Assembly: GCA_026023565.1 (NCBI GenBank)
Contig: JAPETS010000017.1
Coordinates: 1-64,000, forward strand
Direction: 5' to 3'
Source: Cirrosporium novae-zelandiae
Lineage: Eukaryota
Length of the DNA stretch: 64,000 nt
Shown here: piece after piece, positions 11,361-24,424 of the stretch
Layout: every line of letters starts with the position of its first letter
Numbering within the stretch: position 1 is the stretch's first letter
Position numbers and translations under genes: made by a program
The notes under the pieces: model-generated
Database searches by the model: none
What the model was told of the DNA's origin: nothing
The model's input: the letters and a program-made list of their open reading frames with translations, nothing else

Positions 11361-12055
11361 CTATGCTTTCCTCTCGATTAGGTGTAATCCCGACGCAGTT
11401 TCCACAACCGGACTGACTTCCCCTGGCTTGAGTCCAAATGCAGCTTCTTCGAACTCAGGTTGCATTTCTCCTCGTCCGAACCAGCCACTTGGAATAAAAT
11501 CAGCGATCTAACAAATGATAAAGATAAGGTATGACTTACAGGTCACCTCGTTTCCTCGCGCTGCTGCAATCGGATTCAGATACAGCAAGATCTCCTAAAC
11601 TGGCAGCACCGGACCTGATGCGAGCTTCATGGCCAAGAATGATGCCCATAGCTTCATCTTTACTACGAGTAATTGTCGACTCTCGCCAGCTGCTAGGCCT
11701 TCGACTGCCCTCATGCTTGACTAACAGATGGCTGGCTCGAATCTTGCCTTCGTGCTCTCCGTGACTACCATCCTGCCTCAAAGCAGGGGTGGTGTGATGT
11801 TGCGCCATATATGTCTTGAGTTTCTCAGTGTCTGTTCCTGAAGGGGGGTCCCAGCGAGAATCTTTGGTTGAAGGGTTGAAGTAATAAGGAAGATTTTTGG
11901 AATTTGAGTGCCGTACTTCCCACTCCGGGGGGAGACCGGATTCCGAAGGTGTAGACTGTTTGTTCTGATCAGCAAGATTATTCTCGCGAATTGTCACAAA
12001 AGTTTGTTTTCTCAACAATGCTAGAAGTGAATGATAGGTTCAAACAACGTACCAT
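11361..12055 (-). CDS. ESS1: Parvulin-type peptidyl-prolyl isomerase Pin1/Ess1 (Ssp1/PinA)
   Basis: WW domain (LPPEWEVRHSNSKNLPYYFN...RWDPP) plus PPIase domain (IRASHLLVKH...SDCSSARKRGDLGWFGRGEMQPEFE). Exons are 12055-12053 (ATG only), 11955-11540 and 11487-11361. Confidence 0.97.
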
Positions 12056-12784
12056 ATTGAGTTTGTTAATTGGTGATAGCGATTGATAGCGGGTGATTGT
12101 TAATTGATCTTTTGTTCAATGCAGGGACCTATCTCTAGACGTTTGGACTGGAATATGTCAAAACCCCCCAAAGTGTTTATTTATAAGTACGAAGTATTCC
12201 GTGACAAGTATGGTAGACCTCAGGTAGTTAATTTCTCTTTTGTTTTTGTTGTCTTGTCTTTTTGCGCAATAGCTTTTTACTTGTAAAGGAGGTCGTCGCC
12301 CTTTCCGATGTAGCTTGAAGGCGGGGTTAATCCGGGGCTAAAGCATGGTGTCTACATGAGGGGTTTACGGTGTGTGTATAGATAGATATTGAACATGATG
12401 GTATTGGCACACTCAATTTCGAGCACAAAGAGGTGTTTGAACAAGCTATGCTGACTCTTTTATAGGGCTGAGAACAATGTCACAAGTCAGTCGGTCGGTC
12501 GGTCGGTCGCGTTTTGAACTTGGCTTCAGCTTCTACTTCTTCTACTTAAATGTACCGTTCCACATTCCACATCCCACATTCTGTATTACTTTACTACAAT
12601 TTCACCCCCCCCAGTTGCTCAGTGATAGTTCTCATCACAAGCTCCAATAAACCATCACCTCTTCATACATACAAGACTAGAAGCTATAACACCTCGATCC
12701 ATCGTACTTCCTGCTATTCTTTCCTCCATCTATTCACACCCATCCTTCTATCCCACCACCCAAAACCACAATACAAACACGGAC

Positions 12785-13529
12785 ATGGCTTCATCTCCAG
12801 CTCCATCAAATGGTGGTGAACCACGACAAGAAGAGGTCAAGCAAATCGCGTTCCGATTCTGTCGCGAATGGTAAGCCCTTTCCCCAACATTTCATTTTTA
12901 CGCTTTGCTAATATTCCTATAGTTCCAACATGCTCTACCCTAAGGAAGATCGAGCCAACGACACTCTAATGTTCGCCTGTCGGACATGCCAATTTAGCGA
13001 GCCAGCAACTTCAGCATGCGTTTTCAGGAATCGTCTCGAGACTTCCGTTGGTGATACTGCCGGCGTTACCCAAGACGTTGGCTCTGACCCAACGGTTGGT
13101 CCACCATATCTTTGTACTCTATGTGGTCAAGTTATAAGGTGTAAGCGCTGCGGAGGCTTTGAATGTACTAGTTTCACTGCCCCGGAGTGTCTTATATCTC
13201 CGAATTCAGATTCTGAATCAGACTCAAGTTCAATCTCAGTAAATTCAGGGAGTTCGGTGAAGTCAGGGAAAAGCTAGTTTCCATTGCACCAATGCGAGAT
13301 TTTTTTGTCGCAGCAGTAGCTGACATTGGAACGTTGTCATTAGCTGCCTAGATCGAATAAAGAATGTCCTAATTGTCATGAAATGGAGGCTGTTTATTTT
13401 CAGTCTCAGCAACGCTCAGCCGAAACCGGCATGGTTAGTAACATTCTCCTTGTCCAATATTTGATGGCACTGACTGTGTTGCAGAAATTATACTACGTTT
13501 GCTGCTCGTGTGGTAATGTCTTTACGTGA
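12785..13529 (+). CDS. RPB9: RNA polymerase II subunit Rpb9, 130 aa (exons 12785-12870, 12923-13094, 13344-13433, 13485-13529)
   Basis: N-terminal ribbon FRFCRECSNMLYPKED...CRTC, linker DVGSDPTLPRS, and C-terminal ribbon ECPNC...YFQSQQRSAETGMKLYYVCCSC. Confidence 0.97.
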
Positions 13530-13766
13530 CCAAGGCTATTGAATAGAGGTGGAATTTGCTAGCAATGGTGTTGGACGGAGTTGACTATTGTTTTTGGATC
13601 TGATGCATGGCATTTTTGTTATGAAAGAGCCCTGAAGCCTAGCACAGAGATGGAAATCCCCCGGGATAACTTGATTATGGATATGGATATCATTGATATT
13701 GAATGTTATTGGTCGAAGTTGTTTTATAAGCTGGTGCAGAATGCACAGGCATTACCTGTCTCCAGC

Positions 13767-14348
13767 TTATAATTGCATAGGAGCAAGAGAAAGGATTTTT
13801 GACCACTGTCGAGATTGCAATTCCTTCCCAACCACGCCTTAGGTATATACAATTAGCAAAAGTTCTTCCATGCATCGTAGGAGCTAGATGGGACTCACTA
13901 TTCAGTCTTGTCCCGATAGGATCTCCAGCTTTACTTATCAATACACAAGCATTGTCGTCAAATCTAACTACACTCCCATCCGGTCTGGACATCTCCTTGG
14001 CTGTACGCACCACCACCGCATGACGGAGATCACCCCGTCGTACTTTGTTGGCAATAGATGTGCTGACGGAACCGACGGTCTCGGGGCCAAAGGACCGCTG
14101 TTTCTGAACGACGACAATAATGCGATCGCCTTTTCAAGCATTAGAAGGTGAACAAGAAGAGATTGAGACTAGAATAGAATAGGGCATACCAATCCTAGCA
14201 GCCGTTTTCCTGCGAAGAACGGCGGCGCACTCAACAATTGCAGCACCGGAGTTGTCGATGCAATTAAGCATCGTCTTGATTTGGAAATTGGTTAGCATTG
14301 ACTCAACAACCATGAAGAATATTAGGTGGGTACCTTTAGTTGTATCAT
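13767..14348 (-). CDS. MRPL38: Mitochondrial ribosomal protein uL14m, 4 exons
   Basis: [16 protein letters not shown]...[10 protein letters not shown]...HAVVVRT...[17 protein letters not shown]...PIGTR...WSKILSLAP. Confidence 0.95.
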
Positions 14349-14817
14349 GTTTGAGTCGTATCATAGAGTAGAGAGTGGGATTAATAGCAATAGGAATAGG
14401 AAAAGAAAGTCAAAGACAGACCAGCCGGAGGTGGCTGGATCTCCGATGGAAGCGAGAGCCAGCCATAGGCAAAGGATCTTGGACTATCATAGTCCAAGGG
14501 ACCCCTAGGTCGATGTCGCATGTACAAAGGGATACCATACACAGTCATTCAACCTTTCCACAACATTCCCCTTGACTTGGATATACGAATATTGAGAATA
14601 ATGAAATGAATTGGATCTATGCGACCAAGGTCAAGGTGTTTGTGAGCACAAAGACTACTCAATGACAAGTTATTTTTCCATCTTGTCCCTCAGCTCAGCC
14701 GCCCTCCCTCCCCCCCCCCCATAATAGTACATCTGCTCCTTCACCTCATCCCTTCGCTCGCAATCTCTACATTGACTGAAGCAGCTGTCAACATAAATAT
14801 ATGCAATCATTTTGAAA

Positions 14818-17469
14818 ATGCCAAAGAAGCCTGTTACTCCCGCTTCAGCTGGAACGCCAACTCCAACCCCAGTGGAGAAAACGCGTTTGACCCTTGCTCA
14901 GCTGGCCAGTTATGATGACATCCTAACTGATGCCCTCATTGACCGAGTAAGAGTCTTTCCTAATGGTGATTGATGCATTAGAGCTGACATACCGAAATAG
15001 GCCTGGTTCTGGTCTACGATTCGCAAAAATAGGGGAGGTAGATATTTTGCATTACGCGGTATTCCAGAAGATCGCGTCACGCATATCTTACTATACGACG
15101 TAATCGTTGGAAAGGACATAAACAAGGGCCAAGAAGAACTTTTAGCTCTCCCAGGATTAAAGAGATATTATGGATCCCTAAAATCCAAAGCAGAACAGGG
15201 TCACTTCATACGGCATATGAAGAAGTACATCCAGATTTACCTTCCTGATTGTCCCTTTGAGGTATCCACAACAAACCGTTACACAATCGTCACTCAGGAG
15301 GCTGCTGTTACAGCCAGAAGGGCGATTCAGAAAGGAGAGACGATCAAGTACCTGAGCGGGACTCTGGTGTCAATATCTCCTCAAGAAGAGAAAGATCTTG
15401 ACCTCAATCGAAAAGACTTCAGCATCGTGCTCTCTAGCAGGAAGAAGACGCCGTCATTATTTCTCGGCCCGGCGCGTTTTGCCAATCATGACTGCGACGC
15501 GAACTGCCGGTTAGTCACTAAGGGTTCTGACGGCATGGGAATAGTTGCAATCAGAGATATCGACGTTGGCGAAGAAATCACTGTGTCATATGGGGATGAT
15601 TATTTCGGGGTTAACAATTGCGAATGCCTTTGCCATACTTGTGAATTGGCCGCCAGAAATGGTTGGACTCCAAAGCTTGAGGGGGAGCATGCTCGTAAGG
15701 AGCAGATTAATGTTAAGGAGCATGAGAACGAGGCCGATGCACCCTATTCATTTCGAAGAAAAAGGAAATACAGTTCCGTGTCCCCTAGTTCTACACCCCA
15801 TCTCACTCCAAAGAAACAAAAACCAGAGCGCAGGACGTCCAAGCTTAGCCAAGAAATTTCTATGAGCGAGCTTGAAACCCGTGAAGAAGAAGTGGACATG
15901 CGGCCACTAGATGAGCGATTGAGGTCCTTGTCTGGAAAAGGTGCTATTCGCAAGACGTATTCCAAGAGAGCCAGTGTGGTTAAAGTACGACGAAATATGA
16001 AACAAGATATATTTGATCGTGAAGATTCTTTTGTGAAAGTTGAAGATGCTGAGTCTGGGAGCAGCATCGACATCCGAATACAATCTATCGAAGTGTCGGA
16101 AACTCAAGTTAAAATATCAAATGATCCACCGTTTACAGAATTAGCTCAGAGTAATGAAGAAGCCGGGAAATCTGAGACGGCAAGCAAGCAATCATCTGGG
16201 GAAGATGATGCGAGTCTTGGTTCCCGATCGTCTTTCACTCTAGTTGATGCTGTCAGCAATACTTCATGCCCACTTGAACTAAATATGGAAGGCTATACTC
16301 CTGAACAAGTCGCCTTAGCCAAGAGTATCCCCCAAGCAGAGCCAGAGATCGAGCCTGATTCTTCTACACGCAGCACCTCTCCATCTCCAAATACACAATT
16401 AAGCTCCCAGCAATCACAGTCCACGACAGCCACTTCGATTACATCTAGTACCTCAACTAATACCCCCCAAAGCGAGGAAGATGAAAACGCCGAAGACACA
16501 ATCAAGATTAGCAGCAGTATTCCACATCTGCAAACCCTAAACAACGGATATGATCCCGACGCCTCGCCCCTTTCATCCCTGTGCTCTGAGTTTGACTTGA
16601 ACGATGACGCAATGAGAGGCACCCAACATCTTCAAAATTTGCAGAACAAATCTAGAAACAAAACAAAACCACCCCCCACGTCAAACCCAGGACCCAATTC
16701 TCAACCCTCTTCCCAACCCTCGGACGAAGAAAAAGAAGAACGGGAAATCCAACCCTCGCCCAATACAACCATGGCCACGATTACGACTGAAGAACCCCCC
16801 AAACCCTCTAGGTCCAAATCTCGCACACCCAGCAGCAGCATCACCACCATTACTACCACTATCGAAGAACTCCCCGAACCTTCCAGATCCAAATCCCGCG
16901 CACCCAGCAGCACCACAACCACCACTAACGAACCCCCCGCAAAATCACCTTCCCCCTCCCCCTCCCCATCTCCCCAACCCCTCCGCCACCCACACGACTA
17001 CACTCTAATCCCAACCTTACTAACATTTCCTTACTCCCGCTGGGTAACCTGCCACACATGTCCAACATCCTTTGTACAAAACGACGCCTACTTCACCCGC
17101 GTCGAGTGTCCGCGCTGCGAGCGCCACAGCAAGCTTTTCGGATATCGCTGGCCGAAGACCGAGAAAGAGGGTAAAGGGGATGACGAGGAGAGGGTCATGG
17201 ATCATCGGACCGTGAATCGGTTTGTTGATCCGAGGGAGGAGAGGGAAAGGGGGGGCAAGGGTGGAAGGAGGAGTGGGAGCGGGAGCGAGATTGGTGAGGA
17301 TGTGGATGCGGATGCGGAGGTTGAGAAGGGGTCGGAGGAACAGAAGATCACGAAAGGAAAACCGAAGCCGAGGGGGAAAATGAATACAAATTCAAAGAAA
17401 AAGGGAACTGGAACTGGGAACGCTAAAAAACCAGCAAGACGATCAACTCGTTCTCAAATCGCGGTTTAG
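14818..17469 (+). CDS. SET9: Histone H4K20 methyltransferase Set9 (intron 14947-15000)
   Basis: N-terminus [20 protein letters not shown] domain [15 protein letters not shown]...[16 protein letters not shown]...EEITVSYG; post-[13 protein letters not shown]-terminal [18 protein letters not shown]. Confidence 0.96.
16786..16938 (+). repeat. Imperfect in-frame tandem repeat of about 75 bp within Set9
   Basis: [25 protein letters not shown] / [22 protein letters not shown] / NEPP. Confidence 0.8.
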
Positions 17470-20146
17470 AAGAAGAGGGAAAAAAGAAAAGACATACCCC
17501 CAGGCTAATTAGCGGGCTCAGAGCCAGGGAGTGCGGGTGCGGGGGAGAAAACTATTTTGGCCCCTCCCCTCCTCGTTCTCCCTCGAACCTACACTCTCAC
17601 TAAACGAATATCAAACCAGAACCTCCCTCACAGGGGTTCATCATCATCATCATCATAATACCTTACCTACCTACATACTCTACATACCTACACACCCCCT
17701 AATCTACATCCGCATCCATCCAATCCATCCAGTTGAGAATCGCAAACGCGTGGGATAATAATATATACGTATGTGTATGTGTGTACACAACGATGAACTT
17801 TTTTTTTAAGCTAGGGGGGATGGACTTGGAACTTGGAACTTGGGACGAAGGTATATAGCTATAGTCTATAAGTGCATACATATATACATATAGTTAGTCA
17901 TGCGGATATGTATATCCACGTTCCCTCCCTCCCCCTCCCCCTCCCCCTTTCACTTCCACTTCTACTACCTCTTCTACTACTATACCCACCACCACCTCCC
18001 TCCTCTCTAATCCGTAAATTTCCCTTCCCCTTCCCCTTCCCCTTCCATCATCCACCCCCCCTCCATATCCAACAATCCCAACCAAAGCCAAAGCAAAAGC
18101 CATACCCGTTCTCTTTTTCGGGTGGGGGAGGTAGGAGAGTATTTCTTTTGGTTCTTGAACGCTTGGGATGTTATCATAGTGAGGGGGCGTTTGATTCTGA
18201 TTTCGGTTTTGGTTTTGGCTGGGGGGGGGGCGAGATGTAGATAGTAGTGAGTCGCGAGGAGAGTAATGTAGGTATACACACAAACAAACACACATCCCAC
18301 ATAAACCAACCCCCCCCCCTAAAAAAAATTCCACTGTTATCTACGGCACAACCAAGTTATACATATCTATATCCTAATATCGCTAATATCTTATATATTC
18401 CCAACCCTAGAATAGCCACTTGAGCGAATATCTTATATCCCATATCCCACGTCCCACGTCCCACGTTCGTCGTCGTCCTTTCATTTAGCTATCTAGGTAA
18501 GAAGTTCTTAGATATCAAATACCATAAACACCAAGTTTAATTCGATTCCCAAGAACCCAAGATACCCAAGATGCCCAAGAGAGTGCTGATTAATTATTTA
18601 GTGATTTGGTCAGCACTGCTTTGCTACCATTGCTAACATTGCTATCAGTATCTTCTTCTTCCTCTTTGGAGTGAGTGTTTTGACTTGACTTGACTTTCTA
18701 ACATGATGACATTCCAACATAAAATCCAACCACGGAGAAAAATTAGAAAAATTATTATATTTATTTGTCAACTAGTCGATTAATCAATAATCACATTCCC
18801 CAAGTACTATATAGAACCCTATAACTAAAAATTAAAAAACTAAAAAATAAACACTAAAAAAATAAAAATAAAAATACAAGAAAAGGAAAAAAAAAGGCTA
18901 GCAAAAATGCCATACATAACAATATTGGGGGGGGTATCTAATTATTTCATCCTCTGTGGTTCGATGTTTTTTCGAAGTTATCGAGCTCGAGTTTTTAAGT
19001 TTCCCAGTGTGTATGTGTGTCACCCGTTGTTTGTCACTGTTACCCCTTTGTTTCCAGCCAGCCAACCAGCCAACCAGCCAACCAGCAAAACAATCCCCCT
19101 TTCAATCTTTACCCGCTTCCTCCTTCCCAAAGTATCGAAACCTAAGAGGGGGGGCTCTGCAAGGTCCCTCCCCCGTGTCTCTCCTAAACTTTCAAACTCA
19201 AACTTAAAAAACTCAAACTCAAAAAAAAAAATAAGACAAGGGCAGGGAAGATAAGAGGGAGAACAACAAAAACGAAAGCAAAAGCAAAAACGACGGATAA
19301 GACAAAGTGAGGAAGAAGAAAACAAACAAGAAAACAAGCAAGAAAAAAAGAAAAAGAAAAAACAAAACAAAACAAAAAGGATTTCCTTTGCATGGAAGGT
19401 CTGTAGTAGTTTGGATTTAATTTGGTTGCCTCCTTTCCTTTTCTTTCCTTTGCTCCCTGCATCTAATTTCTCAATCGTAGAAAGAGAAAGAGAGAGGGGA
19501 GGAAAGGAAAGTAGAAGAATAGGGAGAGAAAAATAAAAGAAAACGACAAAAGGGGAAAAGAAAAGAAAAATAAAAGAGGAAAACAATCTTGTTCCGCTCC
19601 GCCTCACAAGAACCACCCACCCTCTTTCTCCTGTCCCAACCCCTCTAAAAATCATTTTTGTACCTATTTATTTATTCACACCACACCGCACTTATTTTCA
19701 CCTATTCCGTTCCTCCCAGTCTTGTATCGATATCATTCTTCTTCTTCCTCCTATTATTCATTCGTATTTTCCACCCTCTCACCGTTTCGCACCCTCAAGG
19801 CTAAGATCCAGATTCCATAACGAATCCCACATACTCCTAGATCTAGATCTAGGCCTCGTGGCGATTTCTCTCTCTTCCTGGGCTTGAGCTGTGAGGCGGG
19901 CTATTGCCGGTGAGAATATAGAGACAGTGCCAGAGGGTTTGGAGGGGGATGTTGATGTTGAGGTTGATGTTGAGACGTTAGATTGGGTGTTTGGGTTTGG
20001 AGTTCGACTGGCCTACATGTAGGGTAGTCCAGTCAGTAAACTTATGTTTTGGGTTGGGTTGGGTGGGTATTCGAGTGAGGAGTAAGAGTAGGAGCGCTCT
20101 TGTAATGGATAGGTGGATGGATGGAAAAATGGATGGATGGGTTATC

Positions 20147-23100
20147 CTAAGGACCAAAGAGTTCGTCTCTCCTAACCTCGTAATGCCCACTTCCCTCCGC
20201 AATAACCACGTTACTCAATCCACTGCTCGGCTCGCGTTGATGTCCTTGCACCTGTTCTCCATTCGTCCGTTTCTGCTGCTGTAAACTCTGACTCGAATCC
20301 TTACTCGCAATCGAGTTGTTTCCCCCACTCGTCACAGGCCCCTTTTTCGAATTCGTGCTGCTCCTTCTGCTATCGAGAGATTTAGTTAGGGTTTTGGACG
20401 CTACATTGTTACTACCGATAAGCGGCTTTTTGAGGCGAATGGAACCTTTCGCGTCGACGTGTGCGGATGCCACGGTGCTTTTACCCAAACCAGGTGTTGT
20501 AGGTGCGCCGGGCTTTTCTTCGGCAGCGTCGAGAAGGTACCAGCGAAGACCATCGGAGAGCTCAAAGGGGTTTTCGTCCTTAGATTCGAGAGATGCGCCG
20601 TCGCTGTTTTCGCCTAAGGAACGTCGGTCGTTGTTGGGGCCTATGAATGATTTGGATAGATCAACAACGCGTTCTTCGACCTTGGAGATGCGTGCGAGTA
20701 ACCAGTCGCGGCTTTGTAGTTTGTGGCCATCTTGTTCGCGGAGGAAGTAATGCGGAGCGCCTACATTAAACGCGGCCCAGGGTCTCGTGGCTTGATTCCT
20801 TGTTGGGAGGAAGAGCGCTAAATCGCCCTCCTTAAAGGAGCGGAATGCGATTTTATCGTGAGCTTCGTTTTGAAATCGGTGAGATTTTTCACGATAGGCA
20901 CGAGCTTCCTTTTGCCATTTGCGGGCGGCATGTTCAACATCTCTGACACGTTTGATGATGGCGTCATTGAAGACCTTGATATCGAAACGGTTGAGATGGT
21001 CAAGGAAAGCTGTGTATTTTACGTCTTCGACTGAAGATTTCGTAACGTACATCCAAGAAAGCAGACTTGGGTCGATCTGGTTGGGTTCCTGCTTAGGGGA
21101 GAGAAATCCTGAATGAGAGGATGATTGTTGTATTGCATTTGGATCATTTAGTATGGTACTAGCATTGGCACTGCCTGATCGGGGAACACGTTGAACGACC
21201 ATAGTATTGTCTTGATGAGTGATAATGTATCCAAGATGCTCTAACATACTCCTCATCCTCTCACTCTGGTTATACACCCTCTCGGTAAGTTCCTGGGCAC
21301 GAGAATTTCGAAGATCAAGGCGGGACTTTAGTTCTTGCTCTTCGGACTCGATGTGTTTGACCTTTTCCTTCCATTCTTGCAATTCTTGTTCGAGATTCCT
21401 AGTATGCGAAGATGCAAATGCCAGTTTCTCACTTAATTCAGCAAACTTACGCTCTTCCTCGGCAACACGTTCCTTCAAGGCTTCGGAACCAGTTTCACCA
21501 GCCGTAAACTTGGATCGAAGAGTATTGAGCTCGTTCCTTTCGCTATCCAACTCAGCCTTAAGTGATGCATATCTTGCCCGTTCTGCGGTCAATGTTTCCC
21601 TCAATGAGTGGGAATTCCTCTCCTCTGCGTCAAGGTTTTGGTGCAAGGTAGACGATTCGGTCTCGAGGTTTAAGATTCTCTCTTCTAGCGTTGCCTTGCT
21701 TTCGTTGGCCAGTTTCAGGGTCTCTTGAAGATCGCTGACACGGGAAGTAATCTTTTCGGCCAAGCCTACAATTCCACCAACAAGAGAATCAAACTCCTCT
21801 GGTGGCTGTTCTGAAGGTGCTAGGTGAGCATACACTGCATTGAGGACTTCTCGGGACTTTTCACGAGAGCCATCATGCTCTTTCAGCTGAGCCCCTGCAT
21901 TTTGCAAGGCCTTCTCGAATCCAAGGACTTCGCTTTCAAGTTTTGCAGATTTATCCCTCTCTACTTGGAATTCATTTTTTAGAGATTCAATCTGTTGGGC
22001 TGCCCTTTCCATATCTTCTGTCGAGGTTCTCCTAGCTTCCTGAAGTTCAGACTGTAGCGTTAATATATGCTGGTGTACTGCAGCCTCTTGCTGGTCTCGA
22101 CTCCCCATAAGCCGGTCAATCTCATCTTGCTCTTCTTCAAGCTTGGCTTTCAACGCCTTCGACTCTTCAGTGAGGATTCGTCGCTCGGCTTCAAATTCGC
22201 GCTGCTGGGCTTCCAGGTTGGCCATCAGGTCCTTTTTAGTAGACTCGGACTCCTCATTTTTCTCGTGCAAATCCTTCTTCGACTGTTGTTCTAAGAGCAT
22301 ATCGTGTTGAAGCTTATGGGTCCTATCTTTTTCAGAATGAAGTTCTGCTTCGAGGGCTACGATCCGTTGTGCAAGTGCTTTGTCATCTCCGTTCTGATTT
22401 GAAGACCATCGGCGCGAGGATATGGAGGACCTTCTTGAGAGGGTATCAGGATGTGGTGATGACGGAGTATTTCCTATAGGTGATGATACTCTCTCCATTT
22501 CTGGTCCAAAAGAGATGCCGAAAGGGTTTGCTCCCGAGTTGCGTCTATTCCCTTGTCGATGCAAGAGATCCTCAAGCTTACGGACACGACTCTCGGAGCC
22601 TTTGAGTTTGTCCTCGAGTCGAGATTTGTCATCCCTAAGACTTCGAAGAATATCGTCGTCTCCCCGGACTAATAATGACCCTCTGAGACCGGCACCGTAG
22701 ATACTCCCATTTTTGAATGCCCTTGCCCTACGCATTTGGTGTCGCGAGGGACTATCGAGTTCTTTGACCAAAGGTGCCAGGTACTCTAAAGCAGCTTCCA
22801 TTTTTCCATGATTCTTCAGGTTTTCTATGTATGCATCGAGATCATTCCTAGATGCATTTGGCCATGGATGCTCTTCACCTTGAAGGTTGACCTCGATCCC
22901 TAGCACATTTCCCTCCTCAATGCGGCTATTCAACAGGTTATCCATGCTCTTATACCACTTACGACGTCTTCGGTCTTCTTCGTCCCTCAATATTGCTAGT
23001 TCCTCAGCGATTGTAGAAGAATCTGTAGTAATTTTGTCAGACCATTCGCGGCGTCGTATGGCCTCGATTAGTAAACACCCGTATGCCACTGGAAGTCGTT

Positions 23101-24424
23101 CACTAAAATTAAGTAGGTCGAATGAGTCTTTCCCGTCTTCTGAGACTTCAAGTTCTGCAATCTGTTGATGAACTTGGGCAAGCATTGATTGAATCCTCGA
23201 TATGGATTGCATATGTTTCTGAGCCAATACGGAACTTGAAGCTTTAAGCATGGAAGCTTCTTTCAAAGCCTCGTCTAGCTCTGTGCCGACTTCTAAGAGA
23301 GAGGGCAATAGTTCTCTCGTGTGTATTAATGCCAATTTGGAAGCTTGTGAGACTGATTTAGGAGAAGGAACAAGTTTGAGGACATGCTCATAATCCGAGC
23401 TGATCTTCTTAGCAAATGTTTCAATTTCTTCCATTACCTTCACTCTGTCTTCATCCTTTTCCTTGACGGAGACAACGGCATCAGCACTAGACATTTCAAG
23501 GAGCGTTCGGGTCTCAGTTGAGACATTCTCGACGATGTGGTTCAAGTTGTCTATGCGCTCCCGAAGCTTTTGGGATGCTACTGCACCAAGGGAGGCAGCA
23601 TTCTCTAGGTCTTGCCGATCCACGCACTCCTTCAAGTCAATGTACTCCTCAAATCGGTTCGTTTTGCCTCCTTTCGTAGAGTCGAAGTATTTGCCTCCTA
23701 CGATCAACAAAATGTCCTGTCGTACCTTGATATTATCAAGGTTCTCATAGCTCATTTCCCAATCCTTCAATGTTGACATCTCCTCCCCCAACAACTCGTT
23801 TGCCCAAGCCCCTGCATTCTCGTACTTGTTCTCCAAATTTCCGCCATGGATTCTCAGATTCTCTAGCGCAACTCGGACGCTCCGTTGGATGACATCGATC
23901 TGATCATAATGTTGTAAAAGTAATTTGTCCATAGCCTTGCACTTGTCCACTATCCGCGTCGCCCATGACTTCCTGGCCATAAAGAGATTTCGCCATGACT
24001 GAAGGTTGTTCTGGTCGGTGATTGTATCAGGTGGCTTCTGAGGCGTAAAAGTAGGCAGAGCTGGAGTTTGAGGTACAGGAAGGGAAGAGTCGGGCGAGGA
24101 GGCTAGGTATTGTCTGTCATATACGAATATCTCGTCCTTAATAATGTTTAGCCAGGAGCCCAAGGATAAGATGTCGAAACTTACTTCAGTTAACAATGTT
24201 TGCAGCTTAGCTTGTTTTCCACGAGCACTCATAAGAATTTGACGCTGGGCAGGAATACCAGCATAGCGAGAGATCCATGACCGTAAAGCTTCGGGTCTAT
24301 CTTCTGTTAGTAGCGGACTCGGTTTGGCGGCGTGCAGGGTGCTAGAATGAACTCACGAAGCGAAGGACACTGGATCAGCGCGCAGACGCTCACCCGTCTG
24401 TGCAATATATATCTGGAGCGACAT
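20147..24424 (-). CDS. ATG11: Autophagy scaffold Atg11 (introns 24356-24297 and 24184-24137)
   Basis: Starts MSLQIYIAQTGERLRADPVSFASPEALRSW, has long coiled coils, and ends in the Atg11 C-terminal domain KIAFRSFKEGDLALFLPTRN...WAAFNVGAPHYFL...NPFELSDGLRWY. Confidence 0.97.

Noticed and set aside
17531..19655. ORFs up to 211 aa between SET9 and ATG11
   Set aside because: They are produced by homopolymers and simple repeats, with no protein-like composition.
20316..23750. Plus-strand ORFs antisense to ATG11
   Set aside because: They are typical antisense shadows of a long coiled-coil CDS.
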